A program made the position numbers and the translations under genes. The notes under the pieces were generated by a model. The model did no database searches. It saw nothing but the letters and a program-made list of their open reading frames with translations, and was not told where the DNA came from. A DNA stretch of 64,000 bases, taken from assembly GCF_020745735.1 (NCBI RefSeq), contig NC_083409.1, forward strand, positions 17,752,341 through 17,816,340, in the 5' to 3' direction. Shown here in pieces: positions 23,746 to 35,932 of this stretch. Numbering within the stretch: the stretch's first letter is position 1; every line of letters begins with the position of its first letter. Origin of the DNA: Hemiscyllium ocellatum (lineage: Eukaryota).

Positions 23746-26700
23746 AATTCTACTAGATGCTAGGACAAAAACCACAACCCTTACTCAAGTCTAGGAACAA
23801 AGATGACATCTTTGGAAACTTCCAGAAATATCTGAAATAAACATCGCTTAAAAGAATCTTGACCTAATTTACACAAGAGTGTTGATTCAATGCAAAGTTA
23901 ACAAATCTAGTTTGGGAAAATGAAAAATGTCATGGAGAATTTTAAATTTCTTTCATCTGCTATGATTCCATTTTTACAAATAGTTATTCCCATCTATTTG
24001 AATAAACATTCAAACACATGGATGAAGATTCTAAAAGCACGCTGCCAGGGAGCCTCAATAAATGCTGAAACCCTCCATGAGAGCCCATGTAAATACCAAA
24101 TACCAACACATTCTCAGGGACATTTTTAAAATGCTGACACCCCAGCAACACTGAAAACATTCCAGAAAACAGACAGGAAATAATAAACTTCCCAAAACGT
24201 GTCCCATGAATACTAAAAACACCCATATGCCCCTGGCAATACCAAACACTTTCCCAGGGTCACCACTTTGAAAACTCTGCCATCCCTTATGTAAGAACAC
24301 CTGTCTTCCCCACCCGTTCTGGTCTCCATATGTCTCCAAGCCCACAGCAACATGGTTGGCTCTTCAGTCTGAAGTAGCCAAGTAAGCCACCTAGTTCTTC
24401 CATAAACTGCTGGGGAAGGTAAATAATAAAACTAAACACAACATGTGATAACAATCAAGGAACCAGAAATAACAGCAATATATCCAGCCCTGATGACTCT
24501 GCAAAGTTCTCCTTACTCATAGTCAGGGATTGTGTCTAATTGCCCCACAGAACACTCACGTTTCAGCCTGACATAGTCACACCCAATTTGTAGCCAATGT
24601 TGCACACTCCTCCTTAGCAGGATAGACTCAGCAGAGGTAGTGGCAGTACCATACAATTGGGAGTGAGTTGCTCTGGGAGACTTCAATATTGACTTCAGAT
24701 TCCATAAGGTCTGAGGGCATCTGGTCAACCATGGACAACTTCCTGCTGATTCCCGCCACCCCCTAACTGGTGAATCAGTATTCCATGTTGAATGTCACTT
24801 TGAGGAAGTAGTGAGGGTGACAAGGGCTCAGAATGTGCTCTAAGTGCATGACTTCAATTTTCATCACCGACCGTACATTCATAGCAGCACTAATGGCCAG
24901 GTTGGTGAAATCCTAAAAGGTAAATTTGGTAGACTTGGCCTGCAGCAGGTAGGAACAAAACCAATGGGGAAAATAACCAACTTAACTCCACCCTCCTCTG
25001 ATACTTATGAAGGGATAAGAGGACACTGCAATTACAATAAGACTTGAAAACATATTTACTATACGATTGGTGGCTTGTGCTCCAGAACGAGTCATATCTC
25101 TTGACAATCTGTTTAAATGCAGCAACAACACTGACAACTACTAACAATGTGTAAATTTGCCCAGGTAAATCCTGCCCTCAAAATGGAGGAATGTCCAAAC
25201 TATTCAAATGTTGCTCCATCTGTCTCTGCTTAATCTTCAGCAAAATGGTTGATCATCATTAACAATGCAATGAAGAAATACATTCCTCAATAAAACGCTG
25301 ACTGTTGCCCAGTTTGGTTTCTGTCAGGACCATTCAATGCCAATCCTCATTACATCCAAGAATTGGGCTGACATTAAGGGAGCTTTTGATGAAGTATTGT
25401 ATCAAGGAGTGTTAGAAAAATTGAAGCCAATGGAATTAGGAAATAGTTGTGTCTGTTGCAGGTTCAAACACCTCAGTCCCAGGGCATTGTCCAAGATCCA
25501 ATCATCTTCAGGGTCCTTTTCTCCGTAAGGTCAGAAATGAGGATGCTTCATGACTCACACTGTTGAATCCCATTCATAATTCCTCAGCTGTATTCCGAGT
25601 CACTATCAGTAAAACCTGAACAACATTCAAGAAGTCTTGGGCTGATAGGTTGGAAATAACATTGGTGACAAACACTGCCAGACAATGACCAAAACATAGG
25701 ATCCAGTCATCTCCCCTCATCATTCACGACATTACCATAATTGAATCCCACTAACACTATCCTGGAGGATGTCACTATTTACCAGAAATGGAACTGGATT
25801 AGCCAAATAAACAAGGTTTACAGGATAACATCAGAGGCTGGAAACTCTGCGTGAAGTAATTTACCTCCTGACTCGGCGAAGTCTGATGCAAAAGGTACAA
25901 GTCAGGATGCTTCAGAAGGGATTAACTCTGCTTTCTCACCACAGATGCTGCCAGACCTGCTAGAGTTTAAGAAATTTCTGTTTTGTTTACACATCAGGAT
26001 GTCGGGATGAATGCAGCTTGGGGAAGAAGGCACTGAGTACAGTAAATCCCTCTGTCACACTGACAACTCAATACTCTTCCAATTACATAGCCCTTCTTTG
26101 AGGTTTTCCCCTGTTGGGTTGAAAACTGAAAAAAATATTTTTTCTATTAATACTTTCCTCTCACTGAGAAAGCTTCAGTCCAACCCACATCCTACAATCT
26201 GCTCTGAAAACTCTGCTCACATTTTGATAATGTGCAGTGCAGTTGCTGAAAACTTCCACAACAAAAGTAAAACACACAATATTCTTAAAAAACGAATCCA
26301 TTACAATTCCAGATACAAATTCAGATCATTGCCAAGAAGTCCAATCCTTCCTTGGACCAGAATATATTGTCTACTACATTTTGTTGAAACAAATGTGATT
26401 GTTCTTGAGATGTATTGCCTGCAGAAAAACAGGAATTATTACAAAAAACATTTCAAGAAGTTGAAATCAAGGACAATGTAGCCAGGGTGAATGGCACCCA
26501 ATATACAGCCTTTAATATTCCTCAGTCACTGTTGCACAATGCCGGCAGTTCAGGAACCTATCAAGGCTTGTGTCTCAACACTACCTAAACTCCTGACCTC
26601 CACCTATGAAAGCAAAGATAACAAGTATATTGGAGCTCCCCTCCAAACCGTATACCACCGAAACTTGGAATTATAAAGACATTCCTTCACTGTCACTGGG

Positions 26701-27330
26701 TCAAACATCTGCAAAGTTCACTCTGACTGCAATTGAAAACTCACCACATTATGAAACACTATCAATGAAGAGTAATACATGCTGCTACGCTTGTGATACT
26801 TGTGTCATGAATGACCAAAAGATAATAAGACATAGAATAAACAGAGCAGGGGTGGGGAACCTGCGGCCTTCCAGGCCATTGTGTGTGGCCTTTTGAATGA
26901 ATCCAAATTTTGCAGAACAAATCTTTTATTTTTTCTTAATTTTTTTTTCATCCTTTATTATTTTAATTTAATTTAAACATGAATGTATTTAAAATACCAG
27001 AGAGTAAAAGAAAATTCAGCAAAATAATCCTCACAAACTGAACGCCACAATTAAAAAATTGGTAAGTAATAAGGGCTATTTCGACTCCTGCTATGCTCAT
27101 GATTTAGTTATAATGCGACTCTAGAATGTACGTTATCTTCCCTGCCTGACTGGAGCCACTTCTGCCTGAGGCTGGTTGGCGAGAGCCTGGGTGTATCCAG
27201 TACACCAGTGTTTAGAAACTGATGACAACAGTGCACGTGGCTTTCCATTTGAAGTGAAATTTGAGAATAGTTACACAGTTTAACAGTATCACCATTTATA
27301 CAATGGAAGTCTCTTGGATGAGGCCTTATT

Positions 27331-30300
27331 TTTTTTTATTTCAAAAATATACTTTATTCATAAAATATGCATAGAATAATTTGATACACTGTACATTAGG
27401 TGATGCCATTCATATTTCCACATTTACATACACAGCTCCGGATTATCATTATTCCATAGAGATCTGTGCATCTCTCACTCATGTATTGAGCTGAGGCGTC
27501 AGCAGAGCCCAAATGACTGCATGGGCCCCCTGCTTTTCTTTAGACAGGCAGATGTTAAACGGTGGTCTTTCCCCACCGCGCCTTGGCGGCAGCTGCCCCA
27601 AGCTTCAGCGCGTCCCTCAACACGTAGTCCTGGACCTTGGAATGTGCCAGTCTGCAACACTCAGTCGGGGTCAACTCCTTCAGCTGGAAGATCAACAGGT
27701 TTCGGACCACCCAGAGAGCGTCCTTCACCGAGTTGAGGATCCTCCAGGCGCAGTTGATGTTCGTCTCGGTGTGCGTCCCGGGGAACAGGCCGTAGAGCAC
27801 GGAGTCCCGTGTCACGGCGCTGCTCGGGACGAACCTCGACAAATACCACTGCATTCCTCTCCAGACTTCCTCTGCATAGGCACATTCCAGAAGGAGGTGT
27901 GTGACAGTCTCGTCCCCCCCGCAGCCGCTTCGAGGGCAGCGTGCGGTGTAGCTGAGAGTCCGAGCGTGCATAAACGATCTCACAGGTAGAGCCCTTCTCA
28001 CCACCAGCCAAGCCATGTCTTGGTGCTTGTTGGAAAGTTCTGGCGATGAGGCATTCTGCCAAATTGCTTTGACAGTCTGCTCAGGGAACCACTCAACAGG
28101 ATCCGCCCTCTCCTTTTCCCGAAGGGTCTCGAGGACGCTACGTGCTGACCACTTCCTGATGGACTTGTGGTCAAAGGTGTTTTTCTTCAGAAATTTCTCC
28201 ACGAAGGACAGGTGGTACGGAACGGTCCAACTACTCGGAGCGTTCCGCGGCAGCGAGGCCAGGCCCATCCTTCGCAACACCGGGGACAGGTAGAACCTCA
28301 GTACGTAGTGACACTTGGTGTTTGCGTACCGGGGATCCACGCACAGCTTGATGCAGCCACACACAAAGGTGGCCATCAGGGTGAGGGTGGCATTGGGTGT
28401 ATTTTTTCCCCCGTTGCCCAGATCTTTGTATAGTGAGTCCCTTCGGACCCGGTCCATCTTTGAACTCCATATGAACTGGAAGATGGCCCGGGCGACTGCA
28501 GCGGCGCAGGTTCTGGGAATAGGCCAGACCTGTGCCACGTGCAACAGCAATGACAGTGCCTCACACCTGATGACCAGGTTTTTTCCCGTGATGGAGAGCG
28601 ACCGTAGCCTCCATCTGCCCAGTTTCTGCCTCACTTTACTGATACGCTCCTCCCAAGACTTGGCGCACGCCCCAGCCCCCCCGAACCAAATACCCAGCAC
28701 CTTCAGGTGGTCGGTCCTGACGGTGAAGGGGATCGAGGATTGGTCGGCCCAGTTCCCGAAGAGCATGGCCTCGCTCTTGCCTCGGTTTACCTTGGCCCCC
28801 AAGGCCCGTTCGAACTGGTCGCAGATGCACATGAGTCTGCGCACGGACAGCGGATCCGAGCAGAAAACAGCGACGTCATTCATGTACAGGGAGGCCTTAA
28901 CCTGCAGGCCCCCGCTGCCCGGAATAGTCACCCCTCTCAGGCTCGCATCCTTCCTGATGGACTCGGCAAATGGCTCTATGCAGCACACAAACAAGGCAGG
29001 AGAGAGAGGGCAGCCCTGCCTGACTCCAGATCTGACTGGGAAGCTATCTGATTCCCACCCATTGATTGAGACTGCACTGACGATGTTGGTGTAGAGCAGT
29101 CTGATCCAATTGCAGATTCCCTCCCCAAAGCCCATTTTGGAGAGAACATCTCTCATATACATGTGTGATATCCTGTCAAAGGCTTTCTCCTGGTCCAGGC
29201 TGATCAGGCAGGCGTCCAACCCTCTGTCCTGCACGTAGGCGATCGTATCCCTGAGGAGTGCGAGACTCTCAGCGATCTTCCTGCCTGGCACAGCACAGGT
29301 TTGGTCAGGGTGAATCACCGACCCCAGAGCAGACCTGACCCGGTTGGCAATTACCTTTGACAGGATTTTGTAATCTGCATTCAACAGTGTGATCGGTCTC
29401 CAATTTTTGAGTTCCTCCCTCTCCCCCTTCCGCTTATAGATGAGGGTGATGATGCCTTTCCTCATGGATTCGCTCATGGTACCTGCCCGAAGCATACTGA
29501 CATACACCTCCAGCAGGTCCTGGCCAATCAAGTCCCACAGAGCGGAATAGAGCTCGACCGGTAAGCCATCGCTTCCGGGAGTTTTATTCTTTTCGAAGGA
29601 CTCGAGGGCCTTGGTCAGCTCGTCCAGAGATAGCGGCTGGTCCAGCCTCTCGCGTGTTCTGTCGTCTAAGACCTCCGTGATAGACGACAGGAACGACTGG
29701 GAGGCCGCGCTGTCGGTCGGCTTCGCGTCATACAGACTGGCATAGAAGGATTTACTGATCCTCATGACGTCAGCCTGAGATGACGTTGTCGAGCCGTCTT
29801 CTTCCTTCAGGCTGCTGAGCACAGAGATCTCTTTGTGCACCTTCTGGAAGAAGAAACGTGAGCACGTCTCGTCCTGCTCCACCGAGCGGACCCTGGACCG
29901 GAAGATTATCTTGGAGGCCTATGAGGCAAAGAGCGAGGCTTGCTGGCCCTTCACCTCCTTGAGGTCCTCCGTGACATCGACCCCCATCGTCTGCAGCAGG
30001 AGCAGGTTCTGCATACTTTCCTGGAGCTGGGACAGTTTTCCCCGCCTCTCTCTCGCCTCCTGAACACCTTTGAGGATGAAGAACCTCTTGATGTTCCCTT
30101 TAACTGTTTCCCACCAGTCTGCTGGAGACTCAAAGAGGGGCATCACGGTTCTCCAACCTGCGTAGTCCCTCTTGAGCTCCTCAATGTTTCCCGGGGTCAA
30201 CAGCTTTGTGTTCAGCTTCCACGTTCCCTTACCCGCCCGCTGCTCGTCCTGTAGGTGACAGTCGGCCAGCAGGAGGCAGTGGTCAGAGAAGAACACCGGC

Positions 30301-32292
30301 TTGACGTCGGTGGATCTGACCGAGAGCGTTCGGGACACAAACAGGTAATCTATCCTTGAGCGGATAGACCCGTCTGCCCGTGACCAGGTGTATCTACGCT
30401 GCGCTCCGTCTGCAGGGGTGCTGAAGACGTCGTGCAGCTTGGCATCTTTTACCGCGTCCATCAGGGCTCTCGACGTGGCGTCCAGTTTACTGTCCCCCCC
30501 GCCGGATCGTCCATCTGCATCAATGATACAGTTGAAGTCTCCGGCCAGAATGACCGGCCTGGACGTAGCCAGCAACAGTGGAAGCTGCTGCAGGACGGCC
30601 AACCGTTCACTCTTACCCACTGGGGCGTACACATTGATCAGTCTCAGGGGAGCATTCCTGTACACAACGTCGGCGACGAGGAGGCGCCCGCCCACCACCT
30701 CCTTAACCTCGGAGATGGTGAAGTTGCTCCCTCGCAACAGGATACCCAGGCCGGAGGCGCGGCTATCGTTGCCTCCCGACCAAACTGACTGCCCATGGGC
30801 CCACAAGCTCGACCATCTCCTGTAGCTGCTGAGGTGCGGTATCCCACACTCCTGCAGAAACAGGAGGTCGGCTTTAACGCTGGCCAGGAAGGCCATCGTT
30901 GAAACACATCGCGTAGCCGATTTGATGCTACGCACATTGATGCTGGCAACTTTAAACCCCATTTTAACAATTTACAAGGTTAACAGTGTCCATTTGCTGC
31001 TGGTCTTGCTCCTCTGGGGTAGCTGCGTGCATCCCCGTGGTGATGGCAAACTGCTGGACCATCCCAGGGCTGAGGTAGCTGTCCGGCTCCACGTTGGAGC
31101 CATTTCCCCGCTCTGGTGTCTTTGTGTCAAGCCCAGGGTCCGCACCGTCCCGTTCTCCATCTGACAGCGGGGCTGTCACAGGACTGCTGCTCCCAGTTAC
31201 CTGGAGCTGTGGGCCGGTGGACACCTCTTGGTTCTCACCGGGTAGGGGGAGGCCTTTACCCATCCCCACAGAGGGATCGTCTTTCCCTTCTTGGGTGGTG
31301 CTGCCCTCCTTTCTCCCCATGGCGCTCTGTCTCTTCCTCTGGTGGCGACCCTTCTTGCGCCCGTCCTCACCATCAGAAGAGCTGCCTGTATCCTCGGCTT
31401 GGAGGTGTCGTTTCCCCCTTCTCTGGGTGGCTTTGGGGCCCGAGACAGGTTTCCTCTTCCTATTTCTGACTGTGATCCAGTCATCTGCCTCCTTTGATTC
31501 CTCCTCTTCCATTTCCTCCGCCTGCCTTGAAGGAGCTTGGATCGGCTGCTGTACCTCCCCGCTGTCTGCCGTCTGCTCCGCTACCGCCTGCTCTTCCTTC
31601 TGGGTGTCTCCAGGCACCGTTTCCGTGCTATCTTGTGGTGCCCTGCTGGGCTTTGGCGGTCCCCGGCTCGTGTTGCCACCTCTGGCCATCTGTGCGTAGG
31701 TGGCGGCTCCTCGTCTTGGGCAGGCCTTGTACATGTGGCCCGCCTCTCCGCACAGGTTACAGTTCTTGGCCTCCTTGCAATCCTTGGTCAGGTGGCCTTC
31801 CTGTTTGCAATTTCGGCATACAGTCACCTTACAGTCGGCCGCCATGTGGCCTGACCTCCCGCAGGTTCGGCACACCTTCGGCTGCCCTGCGTATGTCAGG
31901 TAACCTCTGCTTCCTCCGATGGCGAAGCTGGAGGGTGGGTGGAGGATGTTCCCGCTGCCATCGACCCTCAGGGTTACCTTGACCTGCCGCTTACTGGTCC
32001 AGATCCCGAAAGGATCGACCACATCAGTGCTTTCACCTTCCACCTGGACATACCTCTTCAAGAAGGTGAGAACATCTGCCGCTGGGATGTAAGGGTTGTA
32101 CATTTGGATTGTCACAACCCGACTCCTCTGCGCAGGAAGCACACACAACGGGACCGCCGACAAGATGGAGAACAGAGGTTCCCCTTCCTTCTCCTTGAAG
32201 ACCTTCAGGAGCTGCTCACAATGCTTCACGCTCCTGAAGGTCACGTTGAAGTAGCCTGCCCCAGGGAAATCCTGCAGGCAGTACACGTCCAC
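27331..32292 (-). mobile_element. Tx1/L1-clade non-LTR retrotransposon copy A (5'-truncated in ORF1, ORF2 disabled)
   Basis: ORF1 fragment 30964-32292 with three CCHC knuckles; ORF2 30962-27555 (3408 nt, no indel) with one in-frame TAG at 29919-29921 and YMND in place of YMDD; AATAAA (27353-27358) and short A tail. Confidence 0.95.
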
Positions 32293-32523
32293 TTTTTTTT
32301 TATTTCAAAATATACTTTATTCGTAAATATTCATAAATAATTTGATACACTGTACATTGGGTAATGCCATACATATGTTCACATTAACATACACAGTTTA
32401 GAATTTTCCTTTTTATATGCAAGTCTGTGCATTTCTCACTCCTATGCCCTTATATTGGGCTGAGGCGTCAGCAGAGCCCAAATGACTGCATGGGCCCCCT
32501 GATCTTCTTTAGACAGGCAGATG

Positions 32524-35500
32524 TTAAACGGTGGTCTTTCCCCACCGCGCCTTGGCGGCAGCTGCCCCAAGCTTCAGCGCGTCCCTCAACACGTAGTCTT
32601 GGACCTTGGAATGTGCCAGTCTGCAACACTCAGTCGGGGTCAACTCCTTCAGCTGGAAGATCAACAGGTTTCGGACCACCCAGAGAGCGTCCTTCACCGA
32701 GTTGATGATCCTCCAGGCGCAGTTGATATTCGTCTCGGTGTGCGTCCCGGGGAACAGGCCGTAGAGCACGGAGTCCCGTGTCACGGCGCTGCTCGGGACG
32801 AACCTCGACAAATACCACTGCATTCCTCTCCAGACTTCCTCTGCATAGGCACATTCCAGAAGGAGGTGTGTGACAGTCTCGTCCCCCCCGCAGCCACTTC
32901 GAGGGCAGCGTGCGGTGCGGCAGAGAGTCCGGGCGTGCATAAACGATCTCACGGGTAGAGCCCTTCTCACCACCAGCCAAGCCATGTCTTGGTGCTTGTT
33001 AGAAAGTTCTGGCGATGAGGCATTCTGCCAAATTGCTTTGACAGTCTGCTCAGGGAACCACTCAACAGGATCCGCCCTCTCCTTTTCCCGAAGGGTCTCA
33101 AGGACACTACGTGCTGACCACTTCCTGATGGACTTGTGGTCAAAGGTGTTTTTCTTCAGAAATTTCTCCACGAAGGACAGGTGGTATGGAACGGTCCAAC
33201 TACTCGGAGCGTTCCGCGGCAGCGAGGCCAGGCCCATCCTTCGCAACACCGGGGACAGGTAGAACCTCAGTACGTAGTGACACTTGGTGTTTGCGTACCG
33301 GGGATCCACGCACAGCTTGATGCAGCCACACACAAAGGTGGCCATCAGGGTGAGGGTGGCATTGGGAGTGTTTTTTCCCCCATTGCACCGGTCTTTGTAC
33401 ATGGTGTCTCTTCGGACCCGGTCCATCTTTGATCTCCACATGAAGTGGAAGATGGCCCGGGTGACTGCGGCAGCACTGGTTCTGGGGATAGGCCAGGCCT
33501 GTGCCACATACAACAATACTGAGAGTACCTCGCACCTGATGACCAGGTTTTTCCCCGCGATGGAGAGCGACCGTTGCTCCCATCTGCCTAGTTTCTGTCT
33601 CATCTTCCTGATCCGCTCCTCCCAGGTCTTGGCGCACGCCCCAGCACCCCCGAACCAAATACCCAGCACCTTCAGGTGGCCAGTCCTGACGGTGAAGGGG
33701 ATATAGGATTGGTCGGTCCAGTTCCCGAAGAGCATGGCCTCGCTCTTCCCTCGGTTTACCTTGGCCCCCGAGGCCCGCTCGAACTGGTCGCAGATGCACA
33801 GGAGTCTGTGCACGGACAGCGGATCCGAGCAGAAAACGGCGACGTCATCCATGTACAGGGAGGCCTTAACCTGTAGGCCCCCGCTGCCAGGAATAGTCAC
33901 CCCTCTCAGGCTCGCATCCTTCCTGATGGATTCGGCAAATGGCTCTATGCAACATACAAACAAGGCAGGAGAGAGTGGGCAGCCCTGCCTGACTCCAGAT
34001 CTTACAGGGAAGCTATCTGATTCCCACCCATTGATTGAGACTGCACTGACAATGTTGGTGTAGAGCAGTCTGATCCAATTGCAGATTCCCTCCCCAAAGC
34101 CCATTTTGGAGAGGACATCCCTCATATATGTATGCGATATCCTGTCAAAGGCTTTCTCCTGGTCCAGGCTGATGAGGCAGGTGTCCACCCCCCTGTCCTG
34201 CACGTAGGCGATCGTATCCCTGAGGAGTGCGAGGCTCTCAGAGATCTTCCTGCCCGGTACAGCACAGGTTTGGTCGGGGTGGATCACCGTTCCCAGAGCA
34301 GACCTGACCCGGTTTGCGATGACCTTTGACAAGATTTTGTAGTCTGTGTTTAGCAGTGAGATCGGTCTCCAATTTCTAATTTCATCCCTCTCCCCCTTCC
34401 GCTTATAGATGAGGGTGATGATGCCTTTCCTCATGGATTCACTCATGGTACCTGCCCGAAGCATACTGACATACACCTCCAGCAGGTCCCGGCCAATCAA
34501 GTCCCAAAGAGCGGAATAGATCTCGACCGGTAAGCCGTCGCTTCCGGGAGTTTTATTCTTTTCGAAGGACTCGAGGGCCCTGGTCAGCTCATCCAGAGAT
34601 AGCGGCTGGTCCAGCCTCTCTCGCGTTCCGTCCTCTAGGACCTCCGTGATAGAGGACAGGAACGACTGTGAGGCCGTGCTGTCGGTTGGCTTCGCGTCAT
34701 ACAGGCTGGCATAGAAGGATTTACTGATCCTCATGACGTCAGCCTGAGATGACGTTACCGAGCCATCTTCTTCCTTCAGGCTGCTGAGCACGGAGCTCTC
34801 TTTGTGCACCTTCTGGAAGAAGAAACGTGAGCACGTCTCGTCCTGCTCTACCGAGCGGACCCTGGACCGGAAGATTATCTTGGAGGCCTCCGAGGCAAAG
34901 AGCGAGGCTTGCTGGCCCTTCACCTCCTTGAGGTCCTCCGTGACATCGACCCCCAACGTCTGCAGCAGGAGCAGGTTCTGCATACTTTCCTGGAGCTGGG
35001 ACAGTTTTCCCCGCCTCTCTCTCGCCTCCTGAACACCTTTGAGGATGAAGAATCTCTTGATGTTCCCTTTTACTGTTTCCCACCAGTCTGCTGGAGACTC
35101 AAAGAGACACTTCGCGGTTCTCCAACCTGCGTAATCCCTCTTGAGCTCCTCGATGTTTCCCAGGGTCAACAGCTTAGTGTTCAGTTTCCACGTTCCCTTG
35201 CCCGTCCGCTGCTCGTCCTGTAGGTGACAGTCGGCCAGTAGGAGGCAGTGGTCAGAGAAGAACACCGGCTTGACGTCGGTGGTTCTGACCGAGAACGTTC
35301 GGGACACAAACAGGTAATCTATCCTTGAGCGGATAGACCCGTCTGCCCGTGACCATGTGTATCTACGCTGCGCTCCATCTGCAGGGGTGCTGAAGACGTC
35401 GTGCAGCTTGGCATCTTTGACCGTTTCCATCAGGGCTCTGGACGTAGCGTCCAGTTTACTGTCCCCCCCGCCGGATCGTCCATCTGCATCAATGATGCAG

Positions 35501-35931
35501 TTGAAGTCTCCGGCCAGAATGACCGGCCTGGACGTAGCCAGCAGCAGTGGAAGCTGTTGCAGGACGGCCAACCGTTCACTCTTATCCGCTGGGGCGTACA
35601 CGTTGATTAGTCTTACGGGAGCGTTTCTGTATTTAACATCCACGACGAGGAGGCGCCCGCCCACCACCTCCTTAACCTCGGAGATAGTGAAGTTACCTCC
35701 CCGCAAAAGGATCCCTAGGCCTGAGGAGCGGTTATCGTTGCCCCCCGACCACACTGACGGCCCATGGGCCCACAAGCTCGACCACCTCCTGTAACTGCTG
35801 AGGTGGGGTATCCCGCACTCCTGCAGAAACAGGACGTCGGCTTTGATGCTGGCCAGGGAGGCCAGTGTTGAAACGCATCGCGTAGCCGATTTGATGCTAC
35901 GCACGTTGATGCTAGCAATTTTCAACCCCAT
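32524..35931 (-). CDS. Tx1 ORF2p (1135 aa): APE endonuclease, reverse transcriptase, C-terminal Cys/His motif
   Basis: SINVRS, FLQEC, LAGDFN, RIDY, SDH endonuclease motifs; PGSDG, WRPISLLN, GVRQGCPLSP, YMDD RT motifs; CPRSGC..ETVTHLLLEC. Confidence 0.95.
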   Translation of the reverse strand: MGLKIASINVRSIKSATRCVSTLASLASIKADVLFLQECGIPHLSSYRRWSSLWAHGPSVWSGGNDNRSSGLGILLRGGNFTISEVKEVVGGRLLVVDVKYRNAPVRLINVYAPADKSERLAVLQQLPLLLATSRPVILAGDFNCIIDADGRSGGGDSKLDATSRALMETVKDAKLHDVFSTPADGAQRRYTWSRADGSIRSRIDYLFVSRTFSVRTTDVKPVFFSDHCLLLADCHLQDEQRTGKGTWKLNTKLLTLGNIEELKRDYAGWRTAKCLFESPADWWETVKGNIKRFFILKGVQEARERRGKLSQLQESMQNLLLLQTLGVDVTEDLKEVKGQQASLFASEASKIIFRSRVRSVEQDETCSRFFFQKVHKESSVLSSLKEEDGSVTSSQADVMRISKSFYASLYDAKPTDSTASQSFLSSITEVLEDGTRERLDQPLSLDELTRALESFEKNKTPGSDGLPVEIYSALWDLIGRDLLEVYVSMLRAGTMSESMRKGIITLIYKRKGERDEIRNWRPISLLNTDYKILSKVIANRVRSALGTVIHPDQTCAVPGRKISESLALLRDTIAYVQDRGVDTCLISLDQEKAFDRISHTYMRDVLSKMGFGEGICNWIRLLYTNIVSAVSINGWESDSFPVRSGVRQGCPLSPALFVCCIEPFAESIRKDASLRGVTIPGSGGLQVKASLYMDDVAVFCSDPLSVHRLLCICDQFERASGAKVNRGKSEAMLFGNWTDQSYIPFTVRTGHLKVLGIWFGGAGACAKTWEERIRKMRQKLGRWEQRSLSIAGKNLVIRCEVLSVLLYVAQAWPIPRTSAAAVTRAIFHFMWRSKMDRVRRDTMYKDRCNGGKNTPNATLTLMATFVCGCIKLCVDPRYANTKCHYVLRFYLSPVLRRMGLASLPRNAPSSWTVPYHLSFVEKFLKKNTFDHKSIRKWSARSVLETLREKERADPVEWFPEQTVKAIWQNASSPELSNKHQDMAWLVVRRALPVRSFMHARTLCRTARCPRSGCGGDETVTHLLLECAYAEEVWRGMQWYLSRFVPSSAVTRDSVLYGLFPGTHTETNINCAWRIINSVKDALWVVRNLLIFQLKELTPTECCRLAHSKVQDYVLRDALKLGAAAAKARWGKTTV

Positions 35932-35932
35932 T

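Noticed and set aside
26011-26481. 156-aa plus-strand ORF
   Set aside because: AT-rich, no recognisable motif; overlaps a LINE remnant at its start.
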